A DNA stretch of 64,000 nucleotides from Sphyrna mokarran (lineage: Eukaryota): NCBI GenBank assembly GCA_024679065.1, contig JAGIQG010000023.1:2914001-2978000 (forward strand). The letters run 5' to 3'. Of this stretch, positions 11,423-25,474 are shown piece after piece. A model generated the notes under the pieces. It ran no database searches and was not told where the DNA came from. It saw only the letters and a list, made by a program, of their open reading frames with translations. Every line of letters begins with the position of its first letter. The first letter of the stretch is position 1. The position numbers and the translations under genes were made by a program.

Positions 11423-13234
11423 TGAACACAAACAGAGCATCAGTGAGCAGATCATTGCTAAGTATGTCTCGTTTGATAACACTGTGCAGATGTACAGATT
11501 AGGAGAAGAAATAGGCCAGCCAACCCTTTGAAACTTCGCCGCCATTTAATACGATAACGACCAATCTGATGGTAACTTCAAATTTGCATCCTTTCACCCT
11601 TTAGTTCAATCCAAAATGTTTCACATGGTGTCTGCATCAGTTCAGCATCATGAATTTCCAAATTATCCTAATCAAACAGCCACCTCTCCTCATTTCCAGC
11701 TTAGCTTAATGGACGTTACTCTTCCCTCAGGACAAACTGGTCTACAGGTTGGAGACCATAACCGATAGTAGTGTTCCTCCTGGAAATGTGAAACTAAGGT
11801 CTTGTCTTTCTGGCAGCCCAGACATATACCAAAGATCCATGGCAGCATATGAAGAGTGCTCCTTGTGTACAAGCCAATACTTCACTCAAAACACACAAAA
11901 AAAGACTAATTGACTGCTCATTTATCTCATTGCAGTTTACTGGCATGGAGCATTTATATTTGCTTTTATCCTATCACCATAAAATTAATTGTTTCGGGCA
12001 CTCTAAAAGCTTTCAGCGAGAAGTGCAAAGTATACGATCTTTTCATTACTTCATTCTTGCTGAATCTCCTGTACCCAACATACTGAATTTAGTCTTGCTT
12101 ACTGTGATGATTATATTTTTGCAATCACTGCAACAGGGTCATGAAAGTTTGTAGTACTCTGAAGTTAACCAGAAGAGACAGCACAATCACTTGAATCAGA
12201 AGGTCACGGGTTCAAGCGCCACTGCAGGACTTTGGTGTATCTCCTAGGATGAGACTTCATCACAGCACTGAGGGAGTGCTGCACTGGAGTGCATCTTTTT
12301 TCAAGAAGTGTTTCAACAAAGACCTTGTCTGCCTGCTCAAGGTAGTGTGAAAGATTCCATGGCACTATCTGAAGAACAAGGCAGCTCTTCCCAATATCCC
12401 AACCACCATTTATCCCTCAGCCATCATCACAAGAAATAGATTAACTGGTAACTTATCCAGTTGCTGTTTACAGACCTTTGCTTTGTGCAGATAGGAACCA
12501 AAGGAGGAGTAGGCCATTTAGCCATCAAGCCTACTCCATCATTCAATACAATCATGACTGATCATCCACATCAATGCCTTCGTCCAACATTATCTTCATA
12601 TCCTTTCATGTCAATCTCTGTTTTAAATGTACTCAATGAAGGAGTTTCAACAAACCTCTTGGGTAGAGAATTCCAAATGTTCACAACACTAAAATTTCTC
12701 ATCTCAGTCCTAAGTGGCATCCTCTTTACTTTAAAATCATGCCCTCTGGTTCTAGATTCGCCAGCCAGGGGGAATATCTTATATTTGCTGACCTGCATTA
12801 TCCTTTAACTATTTTTACTGTGTGCTGCATTTATATATATATAAGTAACTTTGCCTCAACAGTAACGAACTGCCTGTGAAACACTTTGGAAAATAATAGG
12901 ACAAGGGGGAGGCCATTCAGCCCCAAACCATTCCATCATTGTATTTGATATTGGGTTAATCAGTACCCCATCTTAAATTATTCACCTTCTCCCTACGTTC
13001 CTTGATACCTTTACCTAACAAAAATTTGAATCTTGAAATTCAACAAAACCAACATGCCACAAGATCATGAAAGGCAATATAAATACAACTTCTTCCAATT
13101 CTGGTATCTCAGTGCATTGCAGATTTCATATATAGAGTACTCTCTGTTCATTTACAATAACTTGGATTTACTTCTTGCAACTTCCACTCCCTCCTCCTGA
13201 TCACTAAGCTACCTCTGTCACCTACATTTCAGTA

Positions 13235-13752
13235 TGAATGCCATCTCAATTGCAGGACATTGCTTCAAGAGGTCCTCAGGATAGTGTCCTAGGCTCAACC
13301 ATCTTCAGCTGCTTCAATGACCTTCCTTCTGTCACAAGGTCAGAAATGGGGATAGTGTCTGATGGCTACACAATGTTCATCACCATTCACAAGTCCTCAG
13401 GAATGGAAACAGTCCATGTCCAAATGCAGCAAGACCTGGAAAATATCCAGGCCTGGCCTGTTAAGTGGCCAATAATCCTCACACCAAACAAGTGCCAGGC
13501 ATTGACTATCTCCTGCAAAAGGATCTAAACATCGTCTGTTAACATTCCATGGCATTTTCATCATTAACTTGGAAACATATAATTGTTCCTTCACTGTCTC
13601 TGGATCAAAATCCTGGAACTTCCTCCCTTACAGCAACTATACAACATGGATGGCAGCAGTTCAAGAAGACAGCTCATCACCACCTTCTCAAGGTCAAGTA
13701 GAGATGGGTAATAAATCTGGCCTAACCCACATCCCATAAGTGAATTAAAAAA
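13235..13752 (+). mobile_element. Fragment of the same second LINE family
   Basis: PQDSVLGSTIFSCFNDLPS..RSEMG..HVQMQQDLENIQAW, with the same tail and poly-A. Confidence 0.8.
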
Positions 13753-15989
13753 AAGGAGAAACTGGATCCAATAGTCATCTTAAATACCTCAACTTAAAAT
13801 CATATTTTCTTACTATTACAACAGTAACAGCACTGAGCACCTGATTGCAAATCCACTTTGGGATGACCTTCTGCTGTGAAGAGTATTATATAAATTAATT
13901 TAACTACTTATTGTTACAAAAAAATAGTTATCAACGTATATGGGCCTTTTGTGAGCTACTGTAGCAAATTCAAACCAGGAAATCTATGGGTTTGATACCC
14001 CATTCTGTGCCCAGGTAGCTCTCCCTTCCCAGATGGTAGCACCATGAACACACACCAGTCATACCCAGAAACCTAAAAGTAGAGGACGAGTGCTGTCAGA
14101 ATTTCAAAGTGCGGCCAAGCGTGACCATGCAGATAACAGGGCGAGGATAAAATCACAGATGGACTGGCCTATAAAGACACTAGAGATGAAAAGGCTGCCG
14201 ACACTCACCGTATAGGCTCATGGATGTAGACTGGCCACTTGGGCGAGGTACTGGAGGGCAACCGGTGCCCGTGGAACCTTGCCTCAGCAAGGAGTCTGCT
14301 CCTTCAGGAAAGGAAGAGAGAAAACTGGTGGAAAAAGGAATAAAATAGATACGAGGGAGCAGCTTTAGGCTGTGATGTAATCTCAGGGTTCACCCGCAGG
14401 GCATTAGCTGCTTGGACGTTACCCTCGTGACTTGGAGTGTGGTTTCAGGCGCTTCAATGAAATTTCAGCGTACAAACATTTCACGTATCCATGATTCTCT
14501 CCACGTGACACCTTGTGCTAATCGCACAACTGTCTCATTTAGCAGCAAAGCAGCCGCTAGTAGAATGTCAGAATGTTATTGCAATACTTCTGATCAAGTC
14601 ATGGGTTATGTTTACTTTGGGAGCCAATAAAAAAATGAGAAAGGACAAGGCAGGTAACGCAGGACATCCAGAATCCTCTAGCCTCAGGTTTCACTGCTCT
14701 GCTATTGGGAAGTTGTTAGAACCCCTCAATCAAATGACAGCCACTGTCGCTCTCAGTCAATATCAGACTTTGTACGTAACAGAGCTTCTGCTTGTTAATC
14801 AACACAAGAGACAGTCTTGCAGTCTGACCGCCGAAAATAAACTGGAGAACAGAGATTTGGGAAAGAGACAAGTTGAGACCAATAGACGCAAAAGATTCTA
14901 GTTAGCATCTATCAAAAGAAGCACGCGCTGCCATAAACTCATGGCAAGGTTAGCCTTAGTTGGATATAGACATTGACGAGTATTAATCCTCATCCCATAA
15001 GATGTGGCACCACCATCACAAAGCCCTACACAGAGAACAGTCAGCCCTTCCAAACTATACAAACACTCCTCATTTCACTTCTCCCCACCAAAGGAATATT
15101 AAAATCCTTTGTGTCTTCTACTTTAGAGCATGGAACTCAATCTGATACAATTAGCTGTCAGATTGTGGCCTGAGCATCTCAATCTTTGGCTTATCTTCCT
15201 ATCCTGGTACTATTAACAGCATGGAAATAGGCCATTTGCACTAGCTGATGTATGTTGGAGTTTATGCTCCACCCGAGTAACAAGAGGTGTTGGTCACTAG
15301 TAATGGCAGAGAGAGGCTGCTATCAGATTTCTATAAAATAACTTCAAAATCTGATGGAAAGCAAGAGGTTAATAGGTTTGTGGGCTCACAATTGTGATAT
15401 GCTTCAATGCCTTATCTCTGAGATACATTTAGAAATTCAGGTTTAAGAAGATCTTAAAGCTAACTTCTCCACAAAGATGTCTATGTCAGTCATGTACCTT
15501 TGATTGTCAGTGGTGTGTTAGTCTTCATCAGAAGAGCAACACAATGATAGTAGCCTATGCTCTTCAACCTCAATACCTCTACAGATGCTGACTGCCTGCC
15601 AAGTACATTCAGCATTATTAGGCTCACAGGGTTCAGTTTTTCAGTTACACGGAGAGGTTTCTATCTAAAATAGTGTAAATGCACACCAGTAACACAGCTG
15701 CAGCAGGTTACCAAAGCAGGCGACTCGCACAACATTGAACATGGAAACATTGGCCAGTATTCACACAAGCACTTGCAGCCCAGACCTCCCCTCAGCCGAA
15801 TTGGATGGTCTGAAAAGTAGGATGGGTGGGTTGCTACGTACATATCTTTATCTCAATATAGTGCAGAGCGAGAGAGTGGTTCAGAGTGCCAAATTGCACT
15901 GAACTGCTCACTAACTAAATGGAAACACATTCACATCTTTGGTTGGAAATACTTATATTGAAAGAGTAAACTGTGACATTGCTACTTAC

Positions 15990-16069
15990 CCCCTTCACTG
16001 CATTCCTCTGGGGGTTTTGCTTTCTTAGCGAGACGAGGGTCCAGCCATGTAGTTGTCTTAGTGTTGTGA
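15990..16069 (-). CDS. MAGI3: MAGI3 coding exon (~exon 6), second half of WW1: (D)[26 protein letters not shown]
   Basis: 80 bp, acceptor cctttcacag|, donor |gtaagt, phase 2-1. [13 protein letters not shown] is the WW C-terminus. Confidence 0.96.
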
Positions 16070-16943
16070 CTGTGAAAGGGAAGAATGATTACTATAATAT
16101 AAAATAAAAGGTAACAAAGTACTGCAGGATATGTATAACTTGTGGGAGAGGATGTGAAACTGGAGGAAGAGGGGAAATTACTGTAAAATACAATGGTAAT
16201 ATAGCACTGGGAGCTGGGGAGGGACATGGGGATAAAGAGATGATACAGAGATATCCACATTAAAGCTTAGATAAGACTGGGAATTTTTGGCATATTTTCA
16301 ACATGGATTCTGTTGACTGCTACAGGCAGACATACTTAAGTAAAAAGTCATGAAATGGAATTGTGTTCACCACAACTATCAGAATACATGTTTCAGGCTG
16401 AATTCCCTCCCTAAAGTGCTTCACCTCTCTCATCTTGTTTAAGACGCACTTAAAACCCATCCTGTCCTGAATTCTCCTAATGCGGCTGAGTGCCATTTTT
16501 TCTGACAGCACTCTTGTGAAGCAACTAGAATGCTTTTTGACTTTGAATGTGCTATATAAATGCAAGTTGTTGTTGCTGAAGGTTAGAAAAAGACAAGAAT
16601 CATAGTCACTACAATGCAAAATGAGGCCATTCAGCCCATTGAGCCTGCACCGACCACAATCCACCCAGGCCCGATCTCTGTAAGCCCATGTATTTACCTC
16701 ACTAATCTCCCTGACTCCAAGGGGCAATTTACCATACACCTAATCCATATATCTTTGTCTGTGGGAGCAAAGTGGAGCACTCAGAGGTAACCAATGCAGA
16801 CACAGGATGAACATGCAAACTCCACACAGATACCAAAACGCCAAAATTGAATCTGGGTCTTTGGAGCTGTGACGCAGCAGTGCAAAGACTATTGACCCCT
16901 CAGTTTTACAAACAACTCTGCCCGTTTGGTGATGGATACTCAC

Positions 16944-17079
16944 TCGATGAAGTAAATCATCCCACTGTCAGTGTAGGCCATCTCCCAGTTATTTGGTAAC
17001 GGCTCCACCAAGTCTTCCCTGGTAACCGGATCCAAGTACCTAAATTCTGCGACCCCGTCAGTGTGGCTGGGCCCTGGCC
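16944..17079 (-). CDS. MAGI3: MAGI3 coding exon (~exon 5), first half of WW1: (G)PGPSHTDGVAEFRYLDPVTREDLVEPLPNNWEMAYTDSGMIYFI(D)
   Basis: 136 bp, acceptor ttcattcctcag| is phase-compatible, and an in-frame TAA lies just upstream. Donor |gtgagt. WW motif PLPxNWEMAYT...YFID. The 5' boundary is less certain than the 3'. Confidence 0.88.
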
Positions 17080-17558
17080 CTGAGGAATGAATACATCTAT
17101 TATATTATTGAGATTGGAACGTGAAAGCCACATTTGTAGATGTCTTGAATACTTTCATTTGACCTTGACAGATTTTTGTTATCCTGGGATAACCCAGACA
17201 AGTCTGTTCTACCACTATCTGTAAATACACACAATGAAATACTAGGATGCGTAGTTAGGACAATATAAAACAAGAAAGGATGAGGGCTGGCTCTGGATTC
17301 AGCCCATATGGAATACTGCATTCAGTTTTGGCTGCCTGATATGGTGACTGCAGCTATTTCAACTAATTGCTTTTCTCACCTTGCTTTGTTCCTTAAGGAA
17401 ATCCTGGCAGTAAGAGAAGCATCAGCTTTATTTTCCCTAGTGATGGATTACTGTATAGCATTCCAAGCCAGAGTGCACACAGAGCAGAATACAGAGTCTG
17501 AGCAGAGTCAAAGCTCCAGCTGATGTGAGAGCACGTCCATGCTTCTCATTCTTCCTAC

Positions 17559-17765
17559 CTGGGTAACCGGTCCCATTGGCAGTGGGTCGTTCTTCATCTT
17601 CCTCTTCATCTGGGACTGTGGTATCAGCTCGCTGCATCATGCTCACAGATGTCGTTCGTTTTCTTTGTGCCTCATCTGAGCCATCATCTAGAACAACCTG
17701 ATCCACTACATCCTGCTGAAAGGGACCAGGTTCTGCTGGAGGTTTTGGCGTTCCATAAAAATTAC
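17559..17765 (-). CDS. MAGI3: MAGI3 coding exon (~exon 4): (G)[68 protein letters not shown]
   Basis: 207 bp, acceptor tttgacag|, donor CAG|gtagga, phase 1-1. [12 protein letters not shown] and QRKRTTSVS are MAGI3-type motifs. Confidence 0.92.
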
Positions 17766-19025
17766 CTGTCAAATATCAGGAGGGGCACAAACAGTGTGAG
17801 CTTATATCCCACTTTTCACATTTCACTTCCTTTTAATTGTTATTTAATAAATAACAATCATTCATTCAATCACACATTTTTCACATGTTAATCAATCCTC
17901 AAAGCTAAAGTTCCCCCTTTGCTCATGGCCAGATTGCTGTGTCATCCTGAGTCTACGCAGAGTTCAATATCGGCCATAAGTAAAGCCAGCTACAGATGTG
18001 TAAAATTAACCAGGGCTAACACTGCAGCCTGTAATCTTAACCCTCGCTGGAGGCACCTGCATACAGAATGGGTGGGGCTCAGCTGAAACACTCAAATACT
18101 TCCTGTTAAATAGGCAAATAGCCAAAGGCAAGGTGAAGGAAGCTGAGCTGTAGTACAGAAAGCAGACATCTTCAGAAGACAACTGAACATACTCAGGAAT
18201 ATACAGAACTTTGCTAATATATATGCAGAAAAATGTTTCTATTTGTGGGGGACTTCAGAACCAGGAGCCATAAACATAACAGTCACCCATCAGTGCAATA
18301 GGGAATTTAGGAGAAACTTTTACCTTGAGTAGCAAGAATGTGGAACTCATTACACAAGTCGGGGTGAGGTGAATAATGTAGCTATAAATTAAGAAGCTAG
18401 AGAAGTAGATGAAGGAATAAGAAATGCTGATGTGAGGAGATGAGAAAGGATGAGAAGAGGCTTGGGTGAAGCATAGACAGAGACCAGCTGGAGCATATGG
18501 CATGTTATGGTATTGTGAATTTTATATAATACAAACTTTGGAATCAATAAAACTGAGGAAAATGGTCAATAGTTACAGTAACATCTTAACAATCATAAAT
18601 TACAAGAACATTAATGTTAGCCCATCTCATGTGACATTGCAGTATTCAGGTAAAATGTGATCAGAAGGGATAATTGGATGAGAGAACAATGATATAATTG
18701 TGTTCCTATTTCCAAACCATCTATTCTGACCTTATTGGAACTTCCTACATCCATATTTGTAATGGAAACTGATTAAGATGCAAAGTTGACCATGAGGTAG
18801 TATGGAGAAACACAGGGTGCTTTGTATAAGGACAAACAAAAAATATCCAACAGTGACTATTACAGCAATCTTAGTTAAACTCCTGATAGCTAACTGGTGA
18901 AGAACACCAGATGTCAATCTGTACTCCAGGTTTAGATTTTGTTGTGAAGCCATACTTTATGTTGAATATGACTTCATGTATTCACAGGCTGAAAACCATT
19001 GAGTTTTAAGAAAGTAAACAGCAGC

Positions 19026-19940
19026 TGTTAAGATGGCTGCCGCATGTCAGGTGACTTTTGCAATTTCTGCACAGACTCAGAATTCCTCAGGTCTACAGAA
19101 AGTTCATAATTCAATGGCTGTGGATGGGATGCCCTCCCTTGAATGGGCATGGAGATAAACCCACTTGTGGAACTTGTGCAGTATAACAGCCAATATGCAT
19201 TCCCCATTTTGTAGCTATGACTTCTAATTTTGAATTGTGTGTAGATAATAGAGTTGGTTACCATATGGTCACGAGATTAAAATGGACTTCAGATAACACA
19301 TCTCGTTACTCCGAGGAGCCAGGAAGAAACAAGCCAGTCTGAAAGCCAACTGCATAGAAAAGAGAGGGGACAGAAAGTCCCAAGAGGATAGTCCACTTCT
19401 CTCCATTCATCTTTCAAGCTTGAATTCTGTCTGTTGCTTAGCTATCATGTGCCAGAAATTTTTTTAAAATCAATCCAGCAGCTGTTGTCTCGAAAGAAAA
19501 TATACATTGATTGCCTCAAATAAACATTTATCTGCCTCAGCAACGAAAGCTTGCTGGTGGGTGGTGGTTTGGGGGGCAGCTTGAACCCATTCAAGTCATC
19601 AATCTACAAGACATATAAAATTGTAACTTTCATTGAGTTCTAAAAAAATCCTGTTTAATCAATCCTCCCACTCTAATACAATGGTGTTGCGTCATCTTGA
19701 AGTATGCATACATGCGTTAAAGTTGGAGTGTTTTTGATCATTTTAAAGTATAAAGGTTAAGTATAATAAATATAATCTTTTCTTTTTAAACACTCAAGGA
19801 AACCTATATTTCACAGTCACAACAATTAAACAGTTAAACACTCAAAGTGACTATCCTATCCTTTTAAAAGATCCTGTTACCATCAAACAAAGAGTGAGGA
19901 AAGTGGGGAGCCATAATACCTCCCCTCACCTGACTAACTT
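19026..19940 (+). mobile_element. Possible decayed solo LTR
   Basis: Begins tgttaaga, has an AT-rich taataaa region, and ends gtgaggaaagtggggagcca..cccctcacctgactaac, resembling recalled shark Gypsy-type LTR ends. No TSD confirmed. Confidence 0.3.
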
Positions 19941-22434
19941 ATTCACAAAGTGAGATATTATAAATGTAGAGTTTCCAATCTTCCAACGATTCACCAGTGG
20001 CAATGCCACTCTCTTTATACGTGCACAAGTCATTAGCGAATAATTGCTCCCCCACATGTTTGACTTAATTTACATAACAACTTGCAGTTACCCAGCATAC
20101 TCAGTGTAATAAAAAGCCCTGTGCTTCACAAGTATTATCCAATGAAACGTGACACCAAGCTACATAGAGATATTTGGGCAGCTGACCAAAAGCTTGGTCA
20201 TTTTTAAGAAACATGTTAGAGAAGATGACAAAAAGTAGAGATATTTGGACAGAGAATTCTAGAGGTTAGGACCAGGCCAGCAGTTGAGAACTGATTAAAA
20301 TTAGGGATGCGTAAGCAGCCTGAATTTGTAGGATTGAAGGCAGTTGTAGAGATGGTGAGAGACAAAACATGTTAGGATTTGAACGACAAGGGTGAGAATT
20401 TAAAAATTGAGGTATTGCTTAACTGGGATAGTTCAGAGAAGACTCCTGAGATGAAAGAACTTTCTTACAAGGAAGGGTTATGCATGTTGGACCTTCACTT
20501 GTTGAAGTGAATGAGGGCTTGACAGGGAAGATGCTGAAGGGGAATCTAAAACGAGGGAACAGTTTAAAAATAAAAGGCCTCTCATTTTAGATGGTAATGA
20601 GGAGAAACTTATTTTGCAGAGTCGTTAGTCTTTGGATTTCTCTTTCACAGAAAGTAGTGGAGATCAGGTCAGTGAATATATTCAAGGCAGTCAAGGATTA
20701 TATAGGGGAGGAGCAGGCAGAAAAATTGAGCTAAGGCCACAATCCTATTGAATGGTAGAGCAGGCTCGATGGGCCAGGTGGGCTGCTCATGCTATTTCTT
20801 ATCATCCTATGGGAGCCAATGCGCAACTGAGCACAGGAGTCACGAGGATCGTAAGACTGAAGGAAATTATAGATAGAGAGAGAGGAAATTACTTAAAATG
20901 GAAAGGGAGTAATATATGCATGGAAAATGAAAGATGAGAGTTCTGATTAACAAACTGAAAATATCACAACAATGCTAACTGGCAGCGAGTCATCAAATGT
21001 TAAGATATATTAGACGGTCACTACTCATAGTGACTGGAATAGTGTGGTAATCTTCCTAGTTTATGAATCATTGGTGCGACTATACTTAGAATTGTGTGTA
21101 CATAGAGGATATTGCAGTTACTGAAAGGGTACAGAGGAAAACCACTAGGATGCTTGAAGGATGGAGAAATTTGACAAGGATGTCAAGGGGTGATATGATT
21201 GCCTTTATTTTGGATTCTAAAGGGACTAGACATTATTGACCATAACAAGCTGTTACGCCTGGACCAGAACATTGTGACCAGAGTAAATGGACAGAGCTTA
21301 AAGCAGGTAAAAACACACAAGAATAACCATCTTACTAATGGAAAGTGCAATCTCCATGAAAAAAAATCTCAGAAACCTGGTTGTAAAGCAGAACGCAGTG
21401 TTGACCCAGGCAGATTAACATGGAAAAAACACTCTCGTCTTGACATCATTACCTTAGATCATGGTGTATAATCATCCTCTGAAGCTTTAAAATAATCCGT
21501 CAAAATGGATGCTGATTTTACACAGAGTATAAAACATGATCTACCAGCATTGCTGCACAAGGACCCATTTTCATCAGTCACCACGTGTGGTCTCTGTGAT
21601 AGTATCTCAAAAGCTTGTGCATCTTCTTGGCAAGATGGCCTCTCCCAACCACCTGACCTCATGCATCAACTTAGAGCCCCATGTACCTGAACAGACTGAC
21701 AACACCAAACATGTACCTCTGAGCTCAATAATTACAGCTAATTCCAAATCCAAGTACAGCCCTAAAAACACATTTCTCTAAAGAACAAGGGGATCAATTT
21801 ATACATCATTTTTATACCTAACCATTCATTTTGACATGAGAAAAATAGAGTAGCGTTATACACAAGGTCAATTTATAAGCCACATTCTTATCCTGTAATT
21901 TAAAGATTTACACATATTCATCTCATCTGTGTATTCTAATATTGCTGCATGTAAAGATGCACTGCACCAATTATCCTGACTTGCACGTAGTGCAGGTCAC
22001 ACATCACCTGCGTCCCTTGTCCCTGACCTACATTAGTTCCCAGTCCTGTAACAACTCAATTTTAAAATTCTCACCCTCAAATTCAAAACTCTCCATGGCC
22101 ATATCCCCTCCCTCCATCTCTCTAACCTCCTTAAATAAAAGGGGTGGCGGCGGCATGAACAAGTTGAGCCAAAGAGTCTGTTTCCATGTTGTAAACCTCT
22201 ATGATGCTATGATTCCTGCACAACCCGCTGAAATTTCTGCAGTCTAACTCTGGTTTCTTGCATACTTGTGATTTTAAATGGGCTTATTTTAAGAGCTCTG
22301 AAATTTTCTCCCCTAACCCACACCACCTTTCTCTACAATGCTTCTAAAAATCTACCTCTGACTGAGCTTTGGATAATAACTCAGTGTCAAGTTTTGTTTG
22401 ATGATGCTCCTATGATGTGTCTTGGGATGTCTTA

Positions 22435-22755
<321 letters not shown>

Positions 22756-24682
22756 TCAAACACTAAAAGGGTTCAGGTTCACTTTTGTTGCAATTCATGA
22801 TGTTTGTCTGGTTGCAGAGCAGAAAAATAATTTGGTGTTGAAGAACTGAAAACTCCAGATGAGCAGTAATAGAGCGAAAGAAAAATGTTTCCACAAAATC
22901 AATTAGAATATTAAAATGGAATTGGTCCAATAATTTAAAAACCAGATAAAGACAGGCTTGCATTTATAAAACACCTTTCAAGAATTTACAGCAATTAAAT
23001 CTTTTTGATGTGTAGTCACCGTTGCAAGCTCAGAAAATGTGGCAGTTAATTTTACACAGCAAACTCCCTAAAAACAGCAAGGTGCTAATGAAAAGATGAT
23101 CTGTTTTTAGGTATTGGTTGAAGACTGAATATTGACAGACAATAGTGAAATGTCTATACCGGATGACAGACAGGGTCACAGTTTAAGAGCCCATTTGCAA
23201 TATGGTATCACCAACACTACAAAAAATAATCCAGAATCTTGTACTCAAGTCAAGGCATGGAGCTTGAACACAAGTCCTTCTAACTTAAGAGACGGCAGTG
23301 ATAGCCACAAAGCACTGGCTGAGAGAAGATATGATGAATCAACAAGTAAATGGGGTTAGGGAAGAAAGCTTCAATTCATTAGAGTCCCTACAGTGCAGAA
23401 ACAGGTCAGCTGGCCCATCGAGTCTGCACCAATCACAATTCCTCCTAGGCTCACCGGTTTCCACCCGGTGGAAACCCATGCAGACATGGGGAGAATATGC
23501 AAATTCCACAGTCACCCAAGTGGGAATCGAACCCGGGTCCCTGGCGCTGTAAGGCAGCAGTGCTAATCACTGTGCCACCATGCTGCCCCAAATTGTGCTG
23601 CAAATTCTGCAATCGACTGTGAACTCCTGCTTTCGGGAATTGATCTCGTCATTTCTCCATTGGGGTGAATCTGGCTTTCTCTAATCAGGAGTCAAGTCAA
23701 AGCTTCCATCATATATGAGTGAGTTCCTGCAAACATGTAGCCAGAACAATCTATTCAAGGAACAACTCCATCCCGGCCAATTCTTTATTTCTGGCTTTAT
23801 GTTCAGTTCAAATAATGCTCCAGAGAGCTGCACTAAACCTGGACTGAATCTTATGTGATGCTAGGGGAGTGCTGCATTGTTAAGGGTGCCAATTTTTGGC
23901 ACAAGATGTCTATTCTCTCAAGTCAATGTAAAAGATGCCACAGCTGAATTCTGAAGAGAAGCAAGGGAGTTTTTCCCTCGTGCCCTGGCCAAGATTCATC
24001 TCCCAATCAATACGATATAGGCTATCTGATTACTATCACATTGCTGAATGCGGGATCGTGCTGTACAGAAACTGGCTGCTGCATTTCGTACATCGCAGCA
24101 GTGAATAGTCTTTGCAATGCTATGTGCCCTCAAAAGGTGCCATATAAATTCATAGCTTTCTTTTATTTCTTCAAGTCCTGAAGAATTCATTAGGAGCCAA
24201 TAAAGAAACTTTCACAGAGGCTGTTAAGTTCAGCAAATGCCCAACCTATCCTGTGGGGACTTGCACTGAAACGAACATTAGGAGGAAACCACTAGTGAAA
24301 TTAATCTTACCCTCTTCTGAAATATCGTTCCCGCACTTGAATTCTCCATCCACCGAGGCCCTCAGACTATGGTCATGATCAACCCCATACTCCTATCCTC
24401 TAATTTTTCATCTTCTTAACCCAGAGCACCAAGGTTAAAGGCACACCCACCAAAGTTGAAATCAGCTAGCCCTCCTGGTATTTCAGGCTCCGGGGTAGAC
24501 CAATGAACTTACTCATGAAGCCAATACACAGTTTACAGCACAGAAACAAACCATTCATTCTAACTGGCCCATGGCTAGTGTTTATGTTGCACCTGAACCA
24601 ACTTCTACCACTTTTTATCTAACTCCATTAGAGTAATCTGCTATTTCTTTCTCATGTTTATCCAGCTTTCCTCTGGAATAAA

Positions 24683-25128
24683 CAAAGATCGATCAAAGAA
24701 AAGTACAGAATAGGAACAGGCCCTTCAAGCCGATCATGTCTACCTAAACTAAAACTGTACAGACTTATGGCATCCGTATCCTTCCATTCCATTCTATTCA
24801 CATATTTGAGTTACTCCTTAAATGGCGCATTCATACCTTCTCCCACCACCTCCTGGAGTAGTGTGTTTCAGACATCCACCAGCCTCTGTTAAAAACCTTG
24901 CCTTGCACAACTCCTCTAAACTTTTCCCCATGCATCTAAAAATTGTGTCCCTTAGTACTTGACTTTTCTACCCTAGGAAAGAGCATCTGACTATCCACTG
25001 TCGATGCCACTCAATCTTGTAAACCTCTATCAAGTCACTCCTCAACCTCCATTGTTCTAATGAGAACAAACTGAATTTATCCGACCATTCCTCATAGATA
25101 ATACCCTCCAGGCAACATCCTGGTAAGA
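24683..25128 (-). mobile_element. CR1 3' fragment (similar fragments at 12490-12800, 32413-32712, 36798-37013, 63735-63850)
   Basis: Reverse-complement CR1 3' coding/UTR motifs (ggaacaggcccttc, aaaaacttgcc..ctctaaactt..cccctagta). Confidence 0.8.
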
Positions 25129-25297
25129 CTATTCCTTGCTCAGCACGTGTCTCTGAATTTATTGACTATCTTCTATTTATAGCCCTGAGTTTCTGACTCA
25201 TGGCTAGAACTGCTTGTTGGAAAACCAATCTTTGCTCTTCCAGCCAAATCCCGGGACACTGATCTTGACTCAAGCTGTATCCTTGCAATGTTACTCA

Positions 25298-25474
<177 letters not shown>

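Larger units (their letters stand above)
9895..11450 (-). mobile_element. Second non-LTR LINE family (CR1/L2-group), degenerate RT 3' portion, carrying two hairpin insertions
   Basis: Remnants DDCT..DSPDT.A.HVQMQ..LDNIQAW.DK and TFNGI.I...PT.NILG.T.DQKL.WT. Tail gggcaat..ggatgggcaataaatg..gccagcaacgcccacatcccatgaat. Exact clade not determined. Confidence 0.75.

Noticed and set aside
17164-17218. Separate 55-nt micro-exon before exon 5
   Set aside because: It would need a weak donor (gtcaaa) and a ~67-nt intron with a poor acceptor.
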